From an uncultured Gammaproteobacteria bacterium (lineage in GTDB: Bacteria > Pseudomonadota > Gammaproteobacteria > JABCZS01): 64,000 bases of DNA. The notes beneath the pieces are model-generated. The model was not told where the DNA came from and did not search any database. It worked only from the letters and a program-made list of their open reading frames with translations. The stretch spans positions 1,312,001 to 1,376,000 of the forward strand of contig CAWKDC010000001.1 of NCBI GenBank assembly GCA_963848305.1, written 5' to 3'. Below, one piece after another: positions 10,450 through 20,231 of the stretch (its first letter is position 1; each line of letters opens with the position of its first letter). The position numbers and the translations under genes are program-made.

Positions 10450-10939
10450 CTTTCATCTCCTGATACCGTTTTAAAAAAAGCTTTTGGATGGCATTTTTCA
10501 TGAGTTCACTACAATGGCTTTGTTGAATCAATTTTTCAATTTTTTTCAAATTAACACGATCAAAAAATGATAAAACCTCTGAAAGATAATTCAATCTGAT
10601 AAATTCTCTAACGTAGTCTTTGGTTGTTGGTTCCAATGTTTCTTTGGTTGCAATCTTACCTGTAGGCGCTATGTCTTCTTCCAGTTTGATAATATACGCC
10701 TTGCCTGCCAGTTCAGCTGAATATTTTAAAAATTTCCCTTGAAAAAAGCTGGAATTCCACCAATCAGAAGGCAGCGGACGCGCGCTGTCGTCAGAGCTGC
10801 TCTGCTGCCTGGCCACATCCAAGAATTCATCTGTGCTTTTTGCTGAGAACCATTTGCTAAAACATTCAGGATGAAGTCCATATATGGCCTTCTCTTGCTC
10901 AATAATTTTGTTACATTTCAAGCAGTTATATTTTTTCAT
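10433..10939 (-). pseudogene. HipA-like kinase with catalytic core apparently deleted in frame
   Basis: AGGAG RBS. N-terminal CxxC..YGLHxxCF, Gly-loop-like SFFQGKFLKYS, then YIIK. No D-x-H-x-x-N or L(S/A)PxYD motifs in only 168 aa. Confidence 0.6.
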
Positions 10940-10955
10940 GGTGCTTATTACTCCT

Positions 10956-11019
10956 ATCCATAGATGGGAGTATAGCATTACTATCTATAGATGACAATGA
11001 TGCATTGCCATCTATAGAT
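10956..11019. promoter_or_regulatory. three palindromic ATCTATAGAT boxes, putative operators
   Basis: ATCCATAGAT at 10956, ATCTATAGAT at 10983 and 11010; exact 27-bp spacing; directly upstream of the hip-like operon. Confidence 0.7.
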
Positions 11020-11035
11020 TGCAGTATTATACTTG

Positions 11036-11146
11036 ATGGGATTTATCAACGTTGAAACCGATGGCAAGCATCTTCATGTGAAAGCGAGAAGGCGGTTGTA
11101 TTATTATTTTAAGAACAGACAGCAGAAGGATGTTATGGTGAAATGA
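11036..11146 (+). CDS. 36-aa ORF similar to the C-terminus of the hip-like antitoxin (small gene or remnant)
   Basis: MGFINVETDGKHLHVKARRRLYYYFKNRQQKDVMVK versus antitoxin end SGKHVHAKVRTRLYYYFKNME. Confidence 0.5.
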   Translation: MGFINVETDGKHLHVKARRRLYYYFKNRQQKDVMVK

Positions 11147-11319
11147 GTTTTATTTTGGGATAATAAGTTTTAAACCGTTTTGTATCACGGGTTATTAATT
11201 CGAGTGATGATATCATTGCATGTGCGCCGATGAAAAAGTCGGGGAGGGGTAGTGATTCGCATGTTTAATCTCATGGTATTACATTTGCAATGTAATAGAA
11301 ATACTAAAATGGCAGGAAA

Positions 11320-11776
11320 TCAAACATTGTTTAAGCAATATCCCGACTGCCGCCAGGCTTCATACACCACGACGGCCACGCTGTTTGATAAATTCAAACT
11401 GCGAGAATGGGGTTGCATGGGCAAGGTGAGGCAGGGGAATTGGCTGCGAATATCTTCGGGCAATCCACGTGTTTCTGGGCCAAAACAAAAACGCATCATT
11501 TTTTTCAAACGCAACGGTATCATAACGCTTTGCGCCTTTCGTGCTGAACGCAAAAACACGCGTGTTAAGTGTTGATAAACAACTGTTGAGATCAGGGTAT
11601 GTGCTGACGTTCGCCCATTCATGATAATCCAATCCCGCGCGTTTCAATGCTGCATCTTCCATTTTAAAACCGAGTGGTTCAATGAGATGCAAATGTGCGC
11701 CGGTATTGGCGCAGAGTCGAATGACGTTTCCCGTGTTGGGGGGGATTTCAGGTTGAAATAAAATAATATGAAACAT
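11320..11776 (-). CDS. trmL: tRNA (cytidine/uridine-2'-O)-methyltransferase TrmL (apparent frameshift near 11480)
   Basis: [24 protein letters not shown], then FGPETRGLP and [19 protein letters not shown] in the shifted frame. Confidence 0.92.
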
Positions 11777-11819
11777 TGTATACCACCAACATTGTTATTC
11801 AGAAAAACCCCTGAGCGAT

Positions 11820-11841
11820 GGGCGCAAATATGCGCCCCTAC
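11820..11841. repeat. GTAG-type REP-like palindrome
   Basis: GGGCGCAAATATGCGCCCCTAC, identical to 35040-35061. Confidence 0.75.
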
Positions 11842-11850
11842 GCGCCCCCT

Positions 11851-12865
<1,015 letters not shown>

Positions 12866-13025
12866 ATTGGAACCTCTCTGCAAGGTGCTTAGTGTATCCA
12901 ACTTAGGTTGAAAAAAGCAACTAATAGGCTATGCTATAGCTCTCATACCTGAAGATACCATATCTATAATTAGCAGGGAGATTGATAAAATGGTGACGAA
13001 AATGTTTTTTAAGATGATGATTTAC

Positions 13026-13053
13026 TTGACAATAGGGGTGGTTACAGTAGACT
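13026..13053 (+). promoter_or_regulatory. sigma70-like promoter upstream of elbB
   Basis: TTGACA-16-TAGACT. Confidence 0.5.
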
Positions 13054-13130
13054 ATCTCATCAATTATCCATCAAAACCGCCCACTCAGCTCAGTGAGCTA
13101 GGTTTGCAGCATATCGACTAGGAGTGTGTC

Positions 13131-13781
13131 ATGAAGGAATGCGCAGTGTTGTTAAGCGGCTGTGGAGTCTTCGACGGTTCAGAAATTTATGAAACCGTTT
13201 GTACGCTGCTTGCTTTGGAGAAGGCCGGTGTTGCTTATCAATGCGTGGCGCCCGACATCGCCCAACACCACGTGATCAACCACCTCACGGGTCAACCCAT
13301 GAGTGAGAAACGCAATGTGCTGGTGGAAGCTGCACGCTTGGCGCGTGGCAATATCAAATCGTTGTCAGAGGTGAGACCGAGCGATTTTGATGCTTTAATC
13401 ATTCCTGGCGGATTTGGGGCAGCGAAGAATTTATCTGATTTTGCATTCAAAGGCGAGCACATGGCCGTCAATCCGGAAGTGTTGGCGTTTTGCCAATCGT
13501 TTGCCAAGGCTCGCAAGCCCGTTGGGTTTATCTGCATTGCCCCGATGTTGGTGAGCCATGTTTATGGTCCCGGCGTGCAGGTGACGATCGGGAATGATAA
13601 AAGCACTGCCGCAGCACTGGAAGCCATGGGGAGTGTACATAAGATATGCCCCGTCACCGATTGCGTGACTGACGAGACCCATAAAGTCGTGACCGTTCCT
13701 GCCTACATGTTAGCCAAATCCATCACCGAGGCAAAGGCGGGGATAGATAAGTTGGTGTCGACAGTGGTGGGGTGGATGTAG
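13131..13781 (+). CDS. elbB: glyoxalase ElbB (DJ-1/PfpI superfamily)
   Basis: AVLLSGCGVFDGSEI.E, RNVLVEAARLARG, PGGFGAAKNLS, GFICIAP, PAYM. Confidence 0.93.
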   Translation: MKECAVLLSGCGVFDGSEIYETVCTLLALEKAGVAYQCVAPDIAQHHVINHLTGQPMSEKRNVLVEAARLARGNIKSLSEVRPSDFDALIIPGGFGAAKNLSDFAFKGEHMAVNPEVLAFCQSFAKARKPVGFICIAPMLVSHVYGPGVQVTIGNDKSTAAALEAMGSVHKICPVTDCVTDETHKVVTVPAYMLAKSITEAKAGIDKLVSTVVGWM

Positions 13782-13784
13782 GCT

Positions 13785-14051
13785 CTAGGTATCATCTAGA
13801 CGGCGAGTGTGTCTATTATTGGCGATGACCATCGCCGCAGGCCCAACGGCCATGTAAATGGTTGTCTTGGTTGCGCCGATCACCGCTTCATAGGCATCAG
13901 TCGAATTGAAATCTCGCCCGTTATGATTGGCCTGATATCCCTTGATAAGGAATGACGTGACCAAAGAAAAGGCAAAATACCCTAGACATGGCAGGCTTGC
14001 AAAGCGGATAAAATCACCTATAAATGAATCTTGATGGTTTCTGCGAGGCAT
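13785..14051 (-). CDS. small two-TM hypothetical protein
   Basis: AGGAG RBS before ATG 14051; two hydrophobic segments; follows astB. Confidence 0.55.
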   Translation of the reverse strand: MPRRNHQDSFIGDFIRFASLPCLGYFAFSLVTSFLIKGYQANHNGRDFNSTDAYEAVIGATKTTIYMAVGPAAMVIANNRHTRRLDDT

Positions 14052-14073
14052 GGTTATCTCCTGGTTGAGGTGA

Positions 14074-15357
14074 TCATAACGCAATGCGTGCCTCTCGGCA
14101 AGACTCCCTAAACTCAGGATCGAGGAAATCCTCAATCGACACCCTATCTCGATAGTATTGGCTCACATGGGCTTCGAGCCGATCAATTTTTTCATGATTT
14201 AAAATATACGCTTGATTGACTGATGCCAGCGCCTCACGTGACATGGGTACGCGCAAACGCAAACAGGCAGGTCCTCCGCCATTTTGCATGCTTTGTCGGC
14301 AGGATACATAATGCGCAGCACGGATTGGCTGTACGGGAGTGATCAAGCGCGATACAATACGATCGATATCAGGATCATTTTTGCATTCCATCGGCATGAT
14401 CAGCACCATATGATCTCGGTTGATCGTGATCAGCTGGCTGTTGAAGAAATAAGTCTCCACAGCTTTTTTCAAACTCAATTCAGTGTCGGTGATTTTGATC
14501 ATGTCCATCGAAAAATCTGCCGCTGCGGCTAATCGTTCGGGGAAATCGTGATCAACATAAGCTTTTTCATGATAAATCAACACATATTCATTGTTGATGG
14601 CCGCGACATCATTGTGAAACACACCTGCATCAATGGCATCTGGATTTTGTTGAAAAAAAAGAACAGGTGTTTTGATGCGATGCGTTTGTGAAATCATCGC
14701 AGAGGCTTCTGATGACTGGCGCGCCGGATAATGTTTGGGTTGATGGAGTGATGCATTGCTTTGATCATAAATCATCACGTTGACAGCTTTCCCCTCATGC
14801 GATGATGCAATCCGCATGTGATTTGCTGCACCTTCATCTGATAAATGCGGTAAAGCAGGCAACGGTTCATGAATGTGAAAATAAGGAGAATTGAAAATGT
14901 GTTTGAGCTGCGCTTGCGTATCAGCAACTTCAATGGCACGGTGATAATGTGTTTTTAAATTTGCAGGCGTGATGTGTACGATATTATCCTCTGCATCGAT
15001 ACTGGTCGTGATGGTTGCAGCATTGGCGGTCCACATGAATGAAGATGAAAATAACGCACAGAAAAGTTTTAAATCTTTTTTGTATAATGTTTCTAATTGT
15101 TGTTGCTCCGTCCCACTCAAACCCAGCTGGCGTAATGCGTTCATATTTGGACGGGTATGTGGTAAAAAAATCCCTTGTGGCGCGCCCAATCGTAATGCCA
15201 ATCGCATTTTTTCTAAACTCTCTAGAGCCGCTGCTTTTGGATGCGATACCGCATGCGCATTTTTCATGGAAGCCACATTGCCCACTGCAAGGCCTGCATA
15301 ATGGTGCGAGGGGCCAGGCAGTCCATCAAAATTCACTTCAATGATAGATGAATTCAT
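14074..15357 (-). CDS. astB: N-succinylarginine dihydrolase
   Basis: EVNFDGL.GP.H.YAGL, SSS.MWTANAAT, DEGAANH, GVFHNDV, SMQNGGGPACLRLRV. Confidence 0.95.
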   Translation of the reverse strand: MNSSIIEVNFDGLPGPSHHYAGLAVGNVASMKNAHAVSHPKAAALESLEKMRLALRLGAPQGIFLPHTRPNMNALRQLGLSGTEQQQLETLYKKDLKLFCALFSSSFMWTANAATITTSIDAEDNIVHITPANLKTHYHRAIEVADTQAQLKHIFNSPYFHIHEPLPALPHLSDEGAANHMRIASSHEGKAVNVMIYDQSNASLHQPKHYPARQSSEASAMISQTHRIKTPVLFFQQNPDAIDAGVFHNDVAAINNEYVLIYHEKAYVDHDFPERLAAAADFSMDMIKITDTELSLKKAVETYFFNSQLITINRDHMVLIMPMECKNDPDIDRIVSRLITPVQPIRAAHYVSCRQSMQNGGGPACLRLRVPMSREALASVNQAYILNHEKIDRLEAHVSQYYRDRVSIEDFLDPEFRESCREARIAL

Positions 15358-16769
15358 AATGTGACTCCGGGAGAAGGCTGCACAGACATTTCTTCAGGAG
15401 TGCTTTGCATGCTCACCACAGGATGGGCACAATAATCTGCTGCATAATAAGCTGTCGGACGATAATTTCCACTCATGCCCACACCACCAAAAGGTGCTTC
15501 GCTCACAGAACCCGTGGTAGGGCGGTTCCAATGTAATAATCCTGCGTGCATGCGGGTGTAACAATATTCGAACAAAGCGCGATCTTTGCATACCACAGCT
15601 GCTGATAATCCATAACGTGTGGCATTCGCATGCGCGATGGCTTCATCTCGATCGTTCACCCAGATGAGTTTAATCAATGGGCCAAAATATTCATCATCAG
15701 GTAGATCAATGCCCGTGCAATCCAATAACGCAGGCGTCACAAATGCTTTACTGATCGGCAATCGTTTCATGGCGACAAGTGAGGTGGCACCTGAATTGAT
15801 TAAAAAAGATTCGGCTTCAATCATTTTTTCAGCTGCTTTGTCTGTCACGAGAGGGCCCATGAAGGGTTCTGGTGAATTCGCAGGATCGTCAATGCGTATG
15901 GTGGGAATGATCTGAATCAAAGATTGAATGAGTTGCTCAGTTTCTGCAGAGCGTTTGACAATTAAACGCCGTGTACACGTGCAACGCTGACCTGCATTGA
16001 AAAATGCAGATTGCAAAATGACGTTGAGGGTTGCCTTTTCATTCGGCACATCCAAAATCACGAGAGGATTATTGCCGCCCAATTCAAGCGCCAATATTTT
16101 TTCGGGATGCCCCCCGAATTGTGCGTGAATTTTTTTGCCGACAGACTCGCTGCCTGTGAATAATAATCCGCGTAAGTCAGGATGTGCAACAAGCGCAGCG
16201 CCGGTGGCAGGGCCGCCTTGGACACATTCAATCACGCCTTTTGGTAAGCCTATATCATGCCAATATTGTACATATTTTTCGGCACACAAAGGAACCAATT
16301 CACTCGGCTTTAGTACAATTGTGTTGCCCGCCAATAACGCGGGCACAATGTGACCGTGTGCTAAATGAATGGGAAAATTAAAGGGACTCATCACACCCAT
16401 CACGCCTTGGGGGTGGTGACGAGTGATCATGTGTCCTGCATGAATCGCGGATTTCCTGATAGGTGTTCTATCATGGTACGCTTGAATGGAGATGTCAATT
16501 TTGGCAATGGCTGTTTTCACTTCGAGCATGGCTTCCCAACGGGGCTTGCCCATTTCTTGACTGATAAGATTCGCCAGTGTTTCCTGATGCGTGATTAATT
16601 TCTCTTCGAATGCTTTCACATAGGCAACGCGTTTTTCAAACGTCAATCTTGAAAAAGTGGTGAAAGCATTTTTAGCCCGTTGCACAGCATCATGCACTTG
16701 TTCATGTGTGGCTTCTTCACCTTCCCACAGTATTTTCCCATCGGCGGGATTTGTTGAATGAAATTTCAT
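15354..16769 (-). CDS. astD: succinylglutamate semialdehyde dehydrogenase
   Basis: ALDH motifs (PFNFP.HL, FTGS, ALELGGNNP, GQRCTC, EYFGP) plus GNYRP.AYYAADYC; lies between astA and astB. Confidence 0.93.
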   Translation of the reverse strand: MKFHSTNPADGKILWEGEEATHEQVHDAVQRAKNAFTTFSRLTFEKRVAYVKAFEEKLITHQETLANLISQEMGKPRWEAMLEVKTAIAKIDISIQAYHDRTPIRKSAIHAGHMITRHHPQGVMGVMSPFNFPIHLAHGHIVPALLAGNTIVLKPSELVPLCAEKYVQYWHDIGLPKGVIECVQGGPATGAALVAHPDLRGLLFTGSESVGKKIHAQFGGHPEKILALELGGNNPLVILDVPNEKATLNVILQSAFFNAGQRCTCTRRLIVKRSAETEQLIQSLIQIIPTIRIDDPANSPEPFMGPLVTDKAAEKMIEAESFLINSGATSLVAMKRLPISKAFVTPALLDCTGIDLPDDEYFGPLIKLIWVNDRDEAIAHANATRYGLSAAVVCKDRALFEYCYTRMHAGLLHWNRPTTGSVSEAPFGGVGMSGNYRPTAYYAADYCAHPVVSMQSTPEEMSVQPSPGVTL

Positions 16770-16778
16770 GATAGGCTC

Positions 16779-17773
16779 CTAAAAGGGTGATAAACGGATA
16801 TTATCTTGCGGTAACAGTTTTAATTGTTCAGCAATGCCAGGTGGCAAATAGCATTGATGCTTGTCGATGTGCGCTGTTGATATCATAGCGCGAAAATCAT
16901 TGGATGTTGTGCCGATCAAATACAATGTCTTCTGATCGTGCTGTTGTGTACCTGCAAAAGATGTCACAAAACTGTTTTGAATGGTTTTGATATCACGCAT
17001 CTGAGCAATCAGCTGAAGGCATCAAACACATTTACATACCTTGATGGATAAAATTGTTCTTCAATCAACACTGCGTAAGCAGGGCGTGTTTTGCGATCAG
17101 GCGTTCCAATGCAGGCGCGAGCACGTTTTGTGAGCTGCTGGACAGGAATGGGTTTGTGTGGAAGGGATTCATCGATGAATGCAGGATGGTGTCTTGCGAC
17201 TTCCAAATCAGCCTCAATAAAATTTTTGTGTTTGATATATCGGTGTGAAAAATCTTCCCAAAATGGAGACATTTGGTCTCTGTCTCTTCTGCCTCTCATA
17301 TCAGCGATGATGATGTCATGAAAATAATTTAAGTGAGAGGCCATGAATACAAAACGGGCTCGTGATAAGAAAGAACCTAAATGGTTTGATCGGTATTCGG
17401 GTGCTAAATATAACGCTGCAATTTCACTGACGCTCTTGACGTCAGTCGAGAGTAGCAGGGTAGGATCAGGTTTTTGATCGTCATACCTGAAAAGGTAATA
17501 GGGTGGATCATTGCCGATATCAGCATAGATGGCACAACATCCGGCCAATGTTTCTGTGCGGAGATCTTCCATCACAAAAAAATAAAGATCAGAGGGTTTG
17601 GGGCATTGATGCGACGTCGATAATGTTGTGACAGATTGTTGAATATAATCAGCAAGAACAATCTTATCGGGTGGCAAGTTCGTGAGCCCCGCAGTTTGTG
17701 CAAACGCATAAACGGCATCGAGGTCGCTGAGCCTCACGGCTCTGAATAAGAACGGTTCGAATCCTTTCATCAT
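16779..17773 (-). CDS. astA: arginine N-succinyltransferase (apparent frameshift near 17015)
   Basis: GLTNLP.D, YFFVMED, LSRARF.FMA, SPFW, YVNVFD, C-terminal DFRA in the second frame. Confidence 0.88.
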
Positions 17774-17883
17774 TTGGATATACTAGTGGACTTTGACGCC
17801 ATGTGCAATGCCTATTCCCCTCATGGGAGTGGAAAATACAGGCGGGGAAGCGTACAATCAGGTGTCACACAAGAGGAATCGGT

Positions 17884-18553
<670 letters not shown>

Positions 18554-18557
18554 AACC

Positions 18558-18656
18558 ATGGCGTATGAGCTTAACACATTGAATGATGTGTTGAGTTGTT
18601 TTGATGATTTTTTTAAGGAATTAAGATCCTTAATTCAATCCTTGGAAAATACTTAA
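18558..18656 (+). CDS. putative 32-aa small ORF
   Basis: GAGGA RBS; MAYELNTLNDVLSCFDDFFKELRSLIQSLENT* fills the gap up to the tatC stop exactly. Confidence 0.35.
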   Translation: MAYELNTLNDVLSCFDDFFKELRSLIQSLENT

Positions 18657-19345
18657 GCGAGCCTCAATCCGAGCTCAAATAACCCCCACATGGGCAAGGC
18701 CAATAGCGTTTGCGAAAAAACATCAGGCGGTGTTAATAGCATGCCCAATATAAAGCAGCCAATGATGACGTAAGGCCTTTTAGCGATCAACGTTTCACGT
18801 GTCACCCAGCCACTCTTGATTAAAGCCATCACAATCAAGGGTACTTGAAACGCGAGGCCGAATGCAATCATTAATTTCATTGCAAAACCAAAATAGGCAT
18901 CAATGTCAGTGAGGACGGTGACGCCAGCGGGGGCAGCATGGACGAAAAATTGCAATGCCAATGGAATCACCAAAAAATACGCCATGCATAATCCCGCATA
19001 AAATAAAATAAAACTTAAGGCGGTTAATAAAAAGAGTCTTCTTTTCTCCTGAGAAAATAAACCCGGTGCGATGAATAACCAGATTTGGTATAAAATCCAC
19101 GGCATACTGATACACAATGCGAACATCAAGCTGAACGTGAGTGGGACTAAGAAAGGTGTTGCAATCCCGGTCGCAATCAATGAGCCTTCTGGCAATAATG
19201 ATATGATGGGGGCTGCAAAAACAGTGAATAAAGATTTTGCGCACAAGGCACACATCAGTGCAACAATTGCATAACCGAGCATTGCACGGATAAATCCTGT
19301 GCGAAGTGCACTGAGGTGATGGAGTATCTCACTGTCTTCATTCAT
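18653..19345 (-). CDS. tatC: Tat translocase TatC
   Basis: HL..LR, LIAT...PF..P, YQIW.FIAPGL...E, FG.AFQ.P, LTPPDVFSQ.LLA.P. Confidence 0.95.
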   Translation of the reverse strand: MNEDSEILHHLSALRTGFIRAMLGYAIVALMCALCAKSLFTVFAAPIISLLPEGSLIATGIATPFLVPLTFSLMFALCISMPWILYQIWLFIAPGLFSQEKRRLFLLTALSFILFYAGLCMAYFLVIPLALQFFVHAAPAGVTVLTDIDAYFGFAMKLMIAFGLAFQVPLIVMALIKSGWVTRETLIAKRPYVIIGCFILGMLLTPPDVFSQTLLALPMWGLFELGLRLA

Positions 19346-19583
19346 GATTTTTATCCAATAAATCGGATACGTCACTTACGCTGGCAGCCAAGGCCGTTCG
19401 CTTTGCCAGTGCCTCTTCCTTTTCCATTTGCAATTGTTTGGTTTCAAAGCCTGCACGCCAGCGGCACCAATCTACCCATAAACTGCGACACATTTTGACG
19501 GCGTCTATCATTTGCGCAGGTTTGAGCGCAAGCACTGAGACAATGACGACCATCACAATTTCTGACAAGCCCACCGATAGCAT
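19338..19583 (-). CDS. tatB: Tat translocase TatB (short)
   Basis: M.SVG.SE TM followed by an amphipathic helix; between tatA and tatC. Confidence 0.75.
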   Translation of the reverse strand: MLSVGLSEIVMVVIVSVLALKPAQMIDAVKMCRSLWVDWCRWRAGFETKQLQMEKEEALAKRTALAASVSDVSDLLDKNHE

Positions 19584-19741
19584 CAGGGTGCCTTGTCGTC
19601 ATCTTTGATGGCTGAACGAAAACTTTTCAGTGCTTTGCCCAGATCTTCACCTATGCTGCGCAATTTCTTCGTGCCGAACAATAATACGATGATCAGCAAC
19701 ACAATCAAGAGTTGCCAAATACTGATTCCGCCTAAGCCCAT
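19583..19741 (-). CDS. tatA: Tat translocase TatA (not in ORF track)
   Basis: [52 protein letters not shown]. Confidence 0.95.
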   Translation of the reverse strand: MGLGGISIWQLLIVLLIIVLLFGTKKLRSIGEDLGKALKSFRSAIKDDDKAP

Positions 19742-19751
19742 GGTCATATCC

Positions 19752-20093
19752 TCATAAGTTTAAAGTTTTAGTATGGAAGGTGCCGCCTAACAGGTGCGCA
19801 TGTAGATGGAAAACCACCTGGCCGCCTTCCCTCCCGGTGTTTATCACGGTTCTAAAGCCTTCCAAGCCCATTTTACGGGCAACTTCCGGCAATTTTAACA
19901 TTAAATGGGCAGCAAGCTCACTCTCTTTTTGTGTCAAACTGGCCAAACTGTCAATATGTACTTTGGGAACGATCAAGAGGTGCGTGGAGGCTTTTGGATG
20001 AATATCCTTAAAAACCAATATGTTATCATCCTCATCGACGATATCAGCGGGTATTTGGCGGGCAATGATTTTGCAAAAAATACAATCGGTCAT
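19752..20093 (-). CDS. hinT: histidine triad nucleotide-binding protein
   Basis: DCIFCKI, F.DI.P, H.L..PK.H, GQ.VFHLH.HL.GG. Confidence 0.93.
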   Translation of the reverse strand: MTDCIFCKIIARQIPADIVDEDDNILVFKDIHPKASTHLLIVPKVHIDSLASLTQKESELAAHLMLKLPEVARKMGLEGFRTVINTGREGGQVVFHLHAHLLGGTFHTKTLNL

Positions 20094-20231
20094 AACAGTT
20101 CCTTGATGAAAGTGGGTATTTTACCAGGTCGGTATGTCAGGAGCAATTTTTATGGCGATTGATAAAAAGCTGTGATAAGATAGCTGATAAGCTTTAGTAG
20201 ACTAGCTATATAATACATATTAGGTGTGAGC

